From positions 1 to 63,073 of the forward strand of contig JBEKCB010000031.1 in assembly GCA_050015075.1 (NCBI GenBank): a DNA stretch of 63,073 nucleotides. The letters run 5' to 3'. Within the stretch, counting starts at the first letter, position 1; each line of letters begins with the position of its first letter. Under the pieces are notes generated by a model. It searched no databases. It saw only the letters and a list, made by a program, of their open reading frames with translations, and was not told where the DNA came from. A program made the translations under genes and the position numbers. This document shows positions 36,643 through 45,820 of this stretch, piece after piece. Origin of the DNA: Candidatus Brocadiia bacterium (GTDB taxonomy: Bacteria > Planctomycetota > Brocadiia > CAIUPP01).

Positions 36643-39045
36643 CTATCTGGGCCCGCTGACAACAACCGAATAATTCCGGCCTTCCCAGCGCTGAGCTTCT
36701 TTCCAGAAAAACGTGAACTCGATCACCGAATCGCCGGGACAGCTCTCCGTGGGAAGATCCGCAAACCACAGGCCCAGGATGCTGTTATTGGCGGAATCCA
36801 CCCTGCGGGTGCTCGCCCAATGATCGGCGGACCAGACAACCGTCGCCTCTGCCGCAACGATGATGCGCAAGGTTTTTCCGCGCGGCATTCGGCGAAGCCG
36901 GTGGCGGAAGAGCCAGATTTCATGTCGGCTCTGCGCCGGGTGGACGACGTATCGCTGGAACGCCGGCTCGACTCGATCAAAACAGACGCCGTCGTGAGCA
37001 CTGCGCACGAGCGTGACGTATTCAGCGTGCGACCAGCACAACGGCATGGCCGCGCCCGTCGGCCGGCCGCGCTTCGTGCCTTTCTTCGGCAGGTCGTCGG
37101 CGTCCCACAACTGCTCGCTGATCATGCCGCCTTCGTTGGCGAATTTTTCCATCGCCGAGATGAACGGCATCGGACCGCGTCCGGCGGCGATCTCGTAATG
37201 GCCGCGCTCGCCAGTCAAAATCGGCCAGGCGCGGCCGACGCCCGTCCCGTCGAACGCGCCGCCGTCGTCCTTTTGCCCATAACCGTCGTGATTGTAGCGG
37301 CGCCAGCACGGACCTTGCGGCAAGTTGCGCTTGAGCACGCGGTCAATGACGGCGACCGAATCGCGCACGATGGGATCGTCCACCGCACGGATGCCCAGCC
37401 GCACCAGGTGCAGGAAGTCACCGCCGACGATGTTCCTTGCCGGATGGAGGCCGTTGCCGTTGGCGACGGCGAGCACCGTTGTGTTCGGATCGGCGTGCGG
37501 ATCGGGCGTTACCGGATCCGTGGGATTGATCCGAATGTAGTGGCGGCGCAAGCCTTCGACGACCTCACCGCAGGTCGTGACGGTCCATTCCTCAACATGC
37601 GCGGCCAGCCAGTCCGCGTACTCCAGGATGAAATTCATCGTGCTCGCGTCATCGCACTTTCTGGCGAACTCCGCGGCGCACACCAGGCTGGCAATCACCG
37701 TGGCCAGCGTCGAGGGCGAATAGCCGGCGTTTTCCTCCCAGCGTTCCTGTGCGGTGACCGGCCCATGCCGGATGAGATACCCGGCGGCGCGGAAGATCAT
37801 GACGCACGGATCGAACCGCCCCATCGAGGCGCCTTCGCTTCGGAAGCGCCACGCCAGCAGGATGGGCGCGGCGATTTCATCGAGTTGCACTCCGGACCAG
37901 TACGCCTTCCCGTTGATCCAGCTATTCTGCGGGAATCTGCCGTCCGGCCGCTGAATGGCCGCGAGCCAGATCAACGCGCGCAAAGGAGTCCCTGTCTGGC
38001 CTGTCGCCAGGAGTGCGGTCGCGCTCTGCACCAGGTCGCGTGTCCAGACCAGATGGTAACCGCCCAGGTCGTTGTCGTCCTTCGTCTCGCCCCAGGGGAT
38101 GCTCATGGACGACACCAGCGCGCCTTGAAACGTTTTGTCCTCATGGGCGAGCAGGATGCAGCGGCTCAGCCGATACGCGCGACCCCCGTCCGACGTGACA
38201 TGGACGAAATCATATTTCGGGTTGACCATCGTGCGCTGCCACTGGCGGACATAGGTTTTGCGATGCGTGTCGAACGGCTCCGCCAGCGATTGCAGCAACT
38301 TGGCCGCCGTGCTCTGCTGGCTCTGGCCAAGAGCAATTGCGATCGTGAATTCATCGGCGTCCTGAAGGGCGATTTCGCCGGTCAGCGCGATGTTGCCGTC
38401 CTCTGCGGCAGGGAATTCCCAGTCCATCTTGAAATGCTTCATCACATCCTGCCAACCGTCGCTGGCGCCGACATAACCGACGGATCGCCGCAAGAACCCG
38501 CTGCTGCATCCCATGACGAGATGAACGTTTTCCCGGACGGCATGAAGCAGTTTGTTGCCGCCGATTTCGGGACAGCAGCCGGAGTTGCCCGCGCCATAAC
38601 GCGCAATGTGCGGGGCGAGCAGCGCGTAGAGACGCAGTTTGCCGCGCAATGATTTATCGGGCACTTCGACTTTGGTGTACACGAGCAGCACCGACCGGTG
38701 CGGATCGGCGAGGACGTGCTTGATCAGCCGATAGCGTCCGCCGCGATCGGAATTGGTGAGGCGGTACAAGAGACAATCGCGTTCCGGGTATTCGATCCGG
38801 TGATTCAGGTCGCGCTTCTCCTCGTGGCAAAACGTGGCCCCGTCACTGATGAGGAATTGAAAATCGCGCGTGTTCGGTTGGTCCACGGAGGGGTAGTAGA
38901 TTTCGTTCACGATGCCGTGGCTGAGCGTGAACCAGAGCCGGCAGCTCGTATGATAGGCCGTGCCGAGCCCGTTCTTGGCGCTGGACGTCCAGCGAGGTTC
39001 GATTCCCGGAGCGCCGAATGCGGCCGCCGGTTGGGATGGACTCAT
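36643..39045 (-). CDS. Glucoamylase / glucan 1,4-alpha-glucosidase, GH15 with N-terminal beta-sandwich
   Basis: GAPGIEPRWT, GGYHLVWTRD, QLDE, QERWEEN, RYNHDGYG, SEQLWD, PLCWSHAEY. Confidence 0.9.
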   Translation of the reverse strand: MSPSQPAAAFGAPGIEPRWTSSAKNGLGTAYHTSCRLWFTLSHGIVNEIYYPSVDQPNTRDFQFLISDGATFCHEEKRDLNHRIEYPERDCLLYRLTNSDRGGRYRLIKHVLADPHRSVLLVYTKVEVPDKSLRGKLRLYALLAPHIARYGAGNSGCCPEIGGNKLLHAVRENVHLVMGCSSGFLRRSVGYVGASDGWQDVMKHFKMDWEFPAAEDGNIALTGEIALQDADEFTIAIALGQSQQSTAAKLLQSLAEPFDTHRKTYVRQWQRTMVNPKYDFVHVTSDGGRAYRLSRCILLAHEDKTFQGALVSSMSIPWGETKDDNDLGGYHLVWTRDLVQSATALLATGQTGTPLRALIWLAAIQRPDGRFPQNSWINGKAYWSGVQLDEIAAPILLAWRFRSEGASMGRFDPCVMIFRAAGYLIRHGPVTAQERWEENAGYSPSTLATVIASLVCAAEFARKCDDASTMNFILEYADWLAAHVEEWTVTTCGEVVEGLRRHYIRINPTDPVTPDPHADPNTTVLAVANGNGLHPARNIVGGDFLHLVRLGIRAVDDPIVRDSVAVIDRVLKRNLPQGPCWRRYNHDGYGQKDDGGAFDGTGVGRAWPILTGERGHYEIAAGRGPMPFISAMEKFANEGGMISEQLWDADDLPKKGTKRGRPTGAAMPLCWSHAEYVTLVRSAHDGVCFDRVEPAFQRYVVHPAQSRHEIWLFRHRLRRMPRGKTLRIIVAAEATVVWSADHWASTRRVDSANNSILGLWFADLPTESCPGDSVIEFTFFWKEAQRWEGRNYSVVVSGPR

Positions 39046-39117
39046 GTGACCTCTCCTGTGCGGGTTATCTTTTTCATGGGCCTGCGCGCGTGCCGCCGGC
39101 GACGATGACCGGAATTC

Positions 39118-40605
39118 TCACGCGATCGGCCTCCATGCGTGCCCCTCGCGCGCGAGCAACTCGTCGGCCGCCTTCGGGCCCGAACTGCCGGCTGCGTAAT
39201 TGGGGAAACCGCGCGGACGACTGTTCGCCCATACCTCAAGCACCGGCATCAAGAGTCGCCATGCCGCCTCGACCTGGTCCTCGCGCACAAAGAGTGTCGG
39301 ATCATTGTCCATCACATCCCGGAGCAAAGTCTCGTAGGCGTCGGGCGACGGGACCCCGAAGCTCTCCTCATAACCGAACCGCATCTCCACCGGGCGCAAC
39401 AGCATCCTGGGCCCCGGGTACTTGGCCTGAAAGCATAACGTAATGCCTTCCTCGGGTTGGATCGCCAGGACAAGGCACGATGGGTGCCAGTCACGGCCGG
39501 CCTCGGGCGGGAAGGACTGATGCGGCGCCGCGCGGAACTGGACGGCAATTTCCGAGACTTGCCGGGGCAGGCGCTTGCCCGTGCGGAGATAGAATGGAAC
39601 GCCCTGCCAGCGCCAGTTGTCTATGAATAACTTCAGGGCCGCAAAGGTTTCCGTTTGTGATTGAGGCGAAATATCGTCCTCCCGGCGATAACCGCGAACG
39701 GGCTTGCCATCGAGACGGCCGATGCCGTACTGCCCGCGCACAGCGCAATCACGCACCGCGCCGGCGCGGATGGGGCACACGGCGTGAAGAACGTCCACTT
39801 TCTTATTGCGAATCTCGTCGGCATTGAACGAGACCATCGGTTCCATGGCCACGAGACAGAGGAGTTGCATGAGGTGACTCTGCACCATGTCGCGCAGGGC
39901 GCCCGCGTGGTCGTAATAGCCGCCGCGTTCCTCGACGCCCACCTGTTCGGCCACGGTGATAGTCACGTAATCCACGTAACGCCGGTTCCAAATCGGCTCG
40001 AAGAGCGGATTGGCGAAGCGGAAGGCCAGGATGTTCTGCACCGTCTCTTTGCCCAGGTAGTGATCGATGCGGAAAATCTGAGATTCGTGGAAACTCTCCG
40101 TGAGCGTTCGATTCAGCTTCCGCGCGGAGTCCAGGTCATGGCCGATCGGCTTCTCCACCACAATCCGGGCGCGCGCGCGATCCCGATTCAGCCCCGCAGT
40201 TGCCAGCATTTTCGGGATCACTCCGAACAAAACCGGCGGCGTTGCCATGTGAAAAATGCGGGTGGCCTTCATCTTCCAGTCTTTCTCCAGTTTCGCGCAT
40301 CTCTTTTCCAGATTGGAGTACGTTGCAGGGTCGCTGTAATCTCCCTGTTGATAGGTGACGTGCTCGGCGAAGTCGTTCCAGTCCGTGCTTTTCACCTTCC
40401 CTTTCCGCGAGAACCGCTTCACGCCGGCGAGGTAGCGTTCGCGCAGCTTCGCGTCGCGGAACGGGGAACGACCCACGCCGATGATCGCAAACTGTTTCGG
40501 CATCCGCCCGTCCCGGTGCAGGTCGAACAAGGACGGCACTAACTTGCGCCAGGTCAAGTCACCCGTACCGCCGAAAATCACAACAATGGCCGGTGGAACA
40601 TCCAT
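39118..40605 (-). CDS. zwf: Glucose-6-phosphate 1-dehydrogenase
   Basis: GGTGDL, EKPIG, RIDHYLGKE, RWQGVPFYLRTGK. Confidence 0.96.
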   Translation of the reverse strand: MDVPPAIVVIFGGTGDLTWRKLVPSLFDLHRDGRMPKQFAIIGVGRSPFRDAKLRERYLAGVKRFSRKGKVKSTDWNDFAEHVTYQQGDYSDPATYSNLEKRCAKLEKDWKMKATRIFHMATPPVLFGVIPKMLATAGLNRDRARARIVVEKPIGHDLDSARKLNRTLTESFHESQIFRIDHYLGKETVQNILAFRFANPLFEPIWNRRYVDYVTITVAEQVGVEERGGYYDHAGALRDMVQSHLMQLLCLVAMEPMVSFNADEIRNKKVDVLHAVCPIRAGAVRDCAVRGQYGIGRLDGKPVRGYRREDDISPQSQTETFAALKLFIDNWRWQGVPFYLRTGKRLPRQVSEIAVQFRAAPHQSFPPEAGRDWHPSCLVLAIQPEEGITLCFQAKYPGPRMLLRPVEMRFGYEESFGVPSPDAYETLLRDVMDNDPTLFVREDQVEAAWRLLMPVLEVWANSRPRGFPNYAAGSSGPKAADELLAREGHAWRPIA

Positions 40606-40611
40606 GGCGCC

Positions 40612-41187
40612 TCATTCTTTCTCGCACTGGGTCTGGATCGAACCATTGATTTCCGTTCTCAGGCGTCCTGTGTAGGCGGCGAGCGGACGCATCCCGTCCA
40701 CAGGCAGCTTCGCGGCCAACTCCGCCATCTTCGCGGTGGTCCCCGGCAGCTTCAGGTCCGGCGCCAACTCGCTCATGGGAACGGCCAGGAAGGGCCGGCG
40801 CGCGATCTGAGGGTCCGGAAGCACAAGCTCTCGGGTGTCCATGACCAGGTTGCCGTAAAGGATCAAATCGAGGTCAATGGTCCGCGGGGCATACTTGTCT
40901 GCAGTCCGCCGCCTTCCGAGGTCGGCCTCAATGCGCCGGAGTACCTGGGATTTCAATTTCTGCGGGCGCATCTCCGTCCGGATTTCCACGACGCAGTTGT
41001 AGAACGAAGGCTGGCCGGGCCGGCCTTCCGGTTCGGTGCGGTAGACGGTGGAAATCGCGACGATGGGCGCGCGCAAGGCCAGCGCGCGCAGGGCGGCGCG
41101 CACATTCAGGCTGGGTTTGATGTTCGATCCGACCGCCACGAACGCTCGCGTCATGTCGTGCGCCTTACCCGGCTCACTCCTGGTCAC
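40612..41187 (-). CDS. folK: 6-hydroxymethyl-7,8-dihydropterin pyrophosphokinase
   Basis: VGSNI, STVYRTEP, FYNCVV, IEADLGRRR, PRTIDLDLILY; start may be ATG 41154. Confidence 0.92.
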   Translation of the reverse strand: MTRSEPGKAHDMTRAFVAVGSNIKPSLNVRAALRALALRAPIVAISTVYRTEPEGRPGQPSFYNCVVEIRTEMRPQKLKSQVLRRIEADLGRRRTADKYAPRTIDLDLILYGNLVMDTRELVLPDPQIARRPFLAVPMSELAPDLKLPGTTAKMAELAAKLPVDGMRPLAAYTGRLRTEINGSIQTQCEKE

Positions 41188-41540
41188 GTCTCTCGCTCGC
41201 GCATGATCTCAACGCCCACGCTCCGGGCAAAGCGGAGCGCCGAAGGCTTGTCCACTCGCACCTGGACTTTAACGACGCCGGGCGTCGCCAGGCAGACGTT
41301 CGCAATCGCCTCCGCCAGCGCTTCGAGCAGGAAGTATTTCGAATCCTCGACGAGCGCCAGCACACGCTTCTTGATGCCGCGATAGTCTACGGCGTCTTCG
41401 AACCTGTCCGTTCGTCCGGGCGTTCTGAAGTCGGCGTAAACGGAAAGGTTGATCGTCACGTCCTGCTTCTCGCGCCGCTCGTCTTCGTTCACCCCGACAA
41501 TGCAGCGGGCGCGAAGATCAGTAATGATGATCCGGTCCAC
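41184..41540 (-). CDS. folB: Dihydroneopterin aldolase (FolB/FolX family)
   Basis: DRIIITDL, IVGVNEDER..KQ, VDY, LLEALA, VDKP; GTG start at 41540. Confidence 0.88.
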   Translation of the reverse strand: MDRIIITDLRARCIVGVNEDERREKQDVTINLSVYADFRTPGRTDRFEDAVDYRGIKKRVLALVEDSKYFLLEALAEAIANVCLATPGVVKVQVRVDKPSALRFARSVGVEIMRERET

Positions 41541-42327
41541 GGTCCAGCTCCAAAAGGCGCCGGCCTCCGTCCACAAAGATGACCTGGCCGGTCACAAAGT
41601 CGCTCCTGAGCAGATACATCACCGCGTCGGCGATATCGCCCGGATTTCCGTGCCGCTTGAGAGGAAGGCCCTTCGCAAGCTCGTCAAGGTAAGCCTCATC
41701 CTTCCCCGGCGGCGGAAGGATCAGCCCGGGAGCGACGCCGTTCACCGCGATGCCCGGCGCGAATTCGACGGCCATCATCTCCGTCAAAGCCGCGAGCGCC
41801 CGCTTGCTGAGGATGTAGGCGACATGGGACATATCCAACCCGGCAATCCGGGAATCGAGCATGTTGACGATTCTCCCGCGGCCCGTTCGACCATGCTCAG
41901 GGCCGCCCTGAGGCAACTCGAATGGGCGGCCGACCCGGCGGGCGAATTCCCTGCTAAGCGCCAGCGGCGCCCACGCGTTGACCTGCATGAGGCGCGTCAG
42001 CCCCGCGAAGTCCATATCCTGAATCGTGCTGGGAAGGAAGAGCGACGCGCTGTTCACCAGGATGTCCAGCGATCCGGCCGCAGCGAGCGCGTCCGGAATC
42101 AGCCGCGCCGGCGCCTCGGCGTCGTCAAAATCCGCCTTGACGAGCCACGCTTTCACGCCGCGTGCGACGAGTTCCGTGCGAAGTTTTCCCGCCTCCTCGA
42201 CTGACTCCCGATAGTGAACGATCACGTTCGCCCCGGCATCCGCCAAGGCCAGCGCGATCTCGCGACCGAGCCGCTTCGCCGCGCCCGTCACCAGAGCCGT
42301 CTTCCCGTTGAGCCGGTCCTTGCTCAT
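41518..42327 (-). CDS. Pteridine reductase-like SDR (FolM/PTR1 type)
   Basis: TGAAKRLG with the pteridine-reductase Arg, VHYR, NSASLF, YILSK, VNGVAPG, VDGG; pterin operon context. Confidence 0.85.
   Translation of the reverse strand: MSKDRLNGKTALVTGAAKRLGREIALALADAGANVIVHYRESVEEAGKLRTELVARGVKAWLVKADFDDAEAPARLIPDALAAAGSLDILVNSASLFLPSTIQDMDFAGLTRLMQVNAWAPLALSREFARRVGRPFELPQGGPEHGRTGRGRIVNMLDSRIAGLDMSHVAYILSKRALAALTEMMAVEFAPGIAVNGVAPGLILPPPGKDEAYLDELAKGLPLKRHGNPGDIADAVMYLLRSDFVTGQVIFVDGGRRLLELDRGPDHHY
41881..41927. repeat. Palindromic element inside the SDR coding sequence
   Basis: gcccgttcga / tcgaatgggc and ctcagggc / gccctgag arms; gcggcc repeated 48 bp apart. Confidence 0.65.
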
Positions 42328-42677
42328 CAACGATTCGCCTTGCCGGACGATGCGCCTGCCGTCAACTGATTGATCCTCGCAGCCATAATGAAGTCGTTCT
42401 GGGACAACCCGCCGATTTTGTGCGTCGTGAGGACGAGCCGGACGGTCTTGTACGAGATGAAAATATCCGGATGATGCCCCTGGCCCTCGGCGATATCGGC
42501 CGCCTTGTTCACGAAAGACATCGCCTCGCGGAAGTCCTTGAATTGGAACTCCCTCTTGATCGCCGCGCCTTCCAGCGACCAGTTGGGCACGCCGCGGATC
42601 ATCTCCTCCGCCTGCGCCGGTGAGAGGGGTGTATCTCCGGCCTTGGGAGGTTTGCAGGTCTGATCCGAAAGAGCCAT
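42327..42677 (-). CDS. phhB: Pterin-4-alpha-carbinolamine dehydratase
   Basis: FQFKDF, AEGQGHHPDI, TTHKIGGLSQNDFIMAARI. Confidence 0.92.
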   Translation of the reverse strand: MALSDQTCKPPKAGDTPLSPAQAEEMIRGVPNWSLEGAAIKREFQFKDFREAMSFVNKAADIAEGQGHHPDIFISYKTVRLVLTTHKIGGLSQNDFIMAARINQLTAGASSGKANR

Positions 42678-42728
42678 GACGGCCTCCTCTCCTTTATTAA
42701 CTGCGCCGCGCGGACCGCCGAGACACGC

Positions 42729-43916
42729 TCAGGCCAGACGCTCGTCCGCGCCGGCCCCGCGGCGGATCAAGGCGCGCGCCGCCTCCACCTTTTCCCAGAC
42801 GTTGCACATCATGGCTCCGCGAATCTTGCCGTCGCGCAGGTAATAAATGGTGCCGGTGTCGAAGGGCTTCTGCCAATCCGCGCGGGTCTCCATCCGCGAG
42901 TTGACCTCGCCGACGGCTTCGTACCCGAACTCGAAGAGATCGGAGAAGAAGTACGGCATGTAGGTGAAGGCGTCGTGCGCGCCGGCCATATTTCGCCCGG
43001 CATGTTTGCCCTGGTTAAGGGCATTGTCCCAGTGCTCCATGCGCGCCTGTTGCCCGAGCGCCTGATACGGGAACCGGGCGTTGTCGCCGGCGGCATGGAT
43101 GTCCGGATGAGCGGTCTGGAGATACTCGTTGACGAGGATGCCGTCGCCCGTGGCCAGGCCGGCACGTTCGGCCAGTTCGACGGCGGGTTTGACGCCGACG
43201 CCGACAATCAACAGGTCGGACTCGACCTTCCCGCCGCCGGTCTGGACGACGAACTGCGAACCCTTCCGCTCAAAGGACGCAGGCTTCTGCCCTTTGAGAA
43301 TTCGGATGCCTCGGCTCTGAAAGAGACGCTCCATGGCCAGTCCCAGGTCCTCCGGAAACACCCGGCCGCAGAGATGACCGGAGGGGTAAATCATGGTGAC
43401 TTTCAACTTGTTGATGCAGAGTGCGGCGGCCATTTCCGATCCGATAAACCCGCCGCCGATGATCACCGCCGACTTGCCTTCCGCCGCCTCCAGTCTCATG
43501 CGCTGATAGTCGTCAAGGGTTCGATAGTAGCAGATTCCGGGCAGGTCGCCGCCGGGAATCGGGAGGAGTTGCGGCGTGGCGCCGGTCGCCAGGAGCAGTT
43601 TCTCGAACCGGTGGCGGTCCCCATTGCTGTCGGCGACCGTTTTGCTCTTCACGTCCAGCGCCACGACGCGCCTGCCCGCGAACAACGTGACGCCGTTTCG
43701 ATCATAGAAAGCGCGGTCGTGAAGGAAAATGTCCTTGACCTGCTTCTTTCCGAACCAGAGCTTCTTGGAGAGCGGCGGCCGGTCGTAAGGCAGATGTTCC
43801 TCCGCGCCGATGATCGCGACGGAGCGCTTCGCGTCGCGCTCGCGGATTCCCTCGACGGCCGATGCGCCCGCCAATCCTCCGCCGACGATCAGGTAATCAC
43901 ACGCGTGCTCCGTCAT
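42729..43916 (-). CDS. NAD(P)/FAD-dependent oxidoreductase, ferredoxin reductase/AIF-like
   Basis: GGGLAG, PYDRPPLSK, LATGA, GGGFIGSE, AAGD, RMEHW, PYFFSD. Confidence 0.88.
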   Translation of the reverse strand: MTEHACDYLIVGGGLAGASAVEGIRERDAKRSVAIIGAEEHLPYDRPPLSKKLWFGKKQVKDIFLHDRAFYDRNGVTLFAGRRVVALDVKSKTVADSNGDRHRFEKLLLATGATPQLLPIPGGDLPGICYYRTLDDYQRMRLEAAEGKSAVIIGGGFIGSEMAAALCINKLKVTMIYPSGHLCGRVFPEDLGLAMERLFQSRGIRILKGQKPASFERKGSQFVVQTGGGKVESDLLIVGVGVKPAVELAERAGLATGDGILVNEYLQTAHPDIHAAGDNARFPYQALGQQARMEHWDNALNQGKHAGRNMAGAHDAFTYMPYFFSDLFEFGYEAVGEVNSRMETRADWQKPFDTGTIYYLRDGKIRGAMMCNVWEKVEAARALIRRGAGADERLA

Positions 43917-43971
43917 GGCAGGCCCCTTCCAATTCGGCGTCCCGTCGCCGGGCGACGGGAAGCCTGGTCCG

Positions 43972-44622
43972 TCACCGCGTCAGCCGGCACGCCACGAGGA
44001 ACTCCTCGCGCAGGGCCGGGTTCTTTTCATATTCCCCGCGCCAGTTCGTCGTGCGCGTGGTAGGAGTCATTTCCCGGACTCCCCGCATCTCCACGCAAAG
44101 ATGGTGCGCTTCCAGGTAAACCGCAACGCCGTGCGGCTGCATCATGGTTTTGAGGGTGTCTGCAATCTGCTGGCCGATTCTCTCCTGAACGGCGAACCTC
44201 CTCGCGAATATCCGCACGAGACGGGTCAGCTTGGATATCCCGATAATGTGCTCGTGAGGGATGTACCCGACATACGCCTGGCCGTAGAACGGCAATGCGT
44301 GGTGCTCGCACAGGGCGATAAACGGGATCGGCCCTTCGACCACCTGGCTCAACTGGCAGTCCGAGCCGCCCCGGCATTCCGTGTCGAACGCCTTGATCAG
44401 CTTCGGATCGCCCTCATAGCCCTCGGTCGCGTCATAGAGCGCCCGGAGAAACCGGTGCGGCGTCTCTGCGGTCGAAGGGGTATTCAGGTTCATGCCCAGG
44501 GCGGCGAGTATCTCGGCCGCATAGCCCTCGAATTTCCGCATTTGCTCTTCAGAAATCCGCCTCGGCTGCATGAACAGCGTGGCGTCAATTTCCTGTGCGT
44601 TGGTCCCGTGGTCGCCGGACAT
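43972..44622 (-). CDS. folE: GTP cyclohydrolase I
   Basis: ETPHR, LCEHHALPF, GISKLTR, VQER, HLCVEMRGV; GGAGGAGG RBS. Confidence 0.93.
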   Translation of the reverse strand: MSGDHGTNAQEIDATLFMQPRRISEEQMRKFEGYAAEILAALGMNLNTPSTAETPHRFLRALYDATEGYEGDPKLIKAFDTECRGGSDCQLSQVVEGPIPFIALCEHHALPFYGQAYVGYIPHEHIIGISKLTRLVRIFARRFAVQERIGQQIADTLKTMMQPHGVAVYLEAHHLCVEMRGVREMTPTTRTTNWRGEYEKNPALREEFLVACRLTR

Positions 44623-44814
44623 CGCGTCCTCCTCCAATTCGTTTTCCGAGGGGCGAAGAGGGGCCATCCGTTCGTCGCTGAGAGGGGCGGTTTACCGCTC
44701 CCGTCCTGGCCCACCAGGAAGAGCGCCTGCGCGCGAGTCCCCGCTCAACAATTCAACCTATCACGGCCGCACGCCGAAAACAAGCCGCGCGACGGGTGAT
44801 CCGGTCAGGCCGAT

Positions 44815-45090
44815 TCAAGGTGCGGATCCCCTTGCGTCCCTCGCTCCTTTCCACAACCGGCGGAGCTTCCCGCCCAGGAACTGCCCCAGGAAGAAAGCGC
44901 CGACCAGCGCCGGAAAGGTGGCGAGACTCCAGCCCAGCTTAGACAGAATGCGCAGACCGATGCCGATGATCACCGGGACATGCACGGCCAAAAACCAGGA
45001 AAGCGAAAACTTCCTAACCCCGGCTCTCCAGAAGCCGAAGGGGACGTTAATCACCAATATTACAAGCAGCAGTTCCCAGCGGGTAAGCAT
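44815..45090 (-). CDS. Small membrane protein
   Basis: INVPFGFWRAGVRKFSLSWFLAVHVPV; three hydrophobic segments; GAAGGA RBS. Confidence 0.65.
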   Translation of the reverse strand: MLTRWELLLVILVINVPFGFWRAGVRKFSLSWFLAVHVPVIIGIGLRILSKLGWSLATFPALVGAFFLGQFLGGKLRRLWKGARDARGSAP

Positions 45091-45133
45091 GTCGGGCGGA
45101 ACCTGTCCTTCCAGTGCGTTCGTCAAACGCCTT

Positions 45134-45475
45134 TTACGGCAAGATGCGTTCCTCACGGGTGACGAAAAACTTTGTTTTTTCCAAGTCGGCAAAGAGCAGT
45201 TCGTCGGGCCGTATTTTCGCCAGGTACTCCGGGTGCTGGAAGAATGCCTCTTTATCTGCGACGCTGTCAAACCAGACCTCCGCCGTGCCATCATAGGGCG
45301 CGTCGCCGGAGACGTATTCCTCTGGCACGGTGTGGCATTGGACGTACTTGCGGATGTAGCGCCGGCATACGGGTGTAGTCTTTATCAAGTTGGCGTGGAC
45401 GGTGCTCCAGTGGTTGTGGAATTCCTCAACGCTCATGCCCTGCCTTCTCTTCACGGCGACAATCAACTTCAACAT
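45134..45475 (-). CDS. EthD domain protein
   Basis: KRRQGMSVEEFHNHWSTVH, YVQCH, YDGTAEVWFDS, DELLFAD. Confidence 0.85.
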   Translation of the reverse strand: MLKLIVAVKRRQGMSVEEFHNHWSTVHANLIKTTPVCRRYIRKYVQCHTVPEEYVSGDAPYDGTAEVWFDSVADKEAFFQHPEYLAKIRPDELLFADLEKTKFFVTREERILP

Positions 45476-45532
45476 ATTTGCTCCTTGATGCCTGACCGCC
45501 GCGGGAGGACGTCCGTATGGCAAACGCCCGTT

Positions 45533-45570
45533 AAAAAGAAGACGGCTCGACGCTTTCACGTCGAACCGCC
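45533..45570 (-). terminator. Intrinsic terminator ~60 nt upstream of the EthD gene
   Basis: GGCGGTTCGACG-tgaaag-CGTCGAGCCGTC followed by TTCTTTTT. Confidence 0.7.
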
Positions 45571-45820
45571 TTACTTCGATCCGGCCGTCTGGGTTTGCCC
45601 CCGCACATCATCCCGCATTCCCTGACGTCCAGTTCTCGCCCCACATTCGGCATTGTATCAAGCCGACGGCGCTGATCAATCGGGCGCCTCCCCGTTCTTC
45701 GCATAGGGCAAACTCCGATGCAGCGCGGGCGCACTCAGCCTCCAGCCCCGACACACCGTCACGCCTTCCCAAGCCGGGCAGGCGATGGGCGCCTTAATCC
45801 GTGGACGGACTGCCACCGTC

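Noticed and set aside
38996-39012. GGTTCGATTCCC as a tRNA T-arm
   Set aside because: Lies within the glucoamylase reading frame and no cloverleaf surrounds it
45553-45567. tttcacgtcgaac as a second parS
   Set aside because: Breaks the palindrome and is explained as the loop and arm of a terminator
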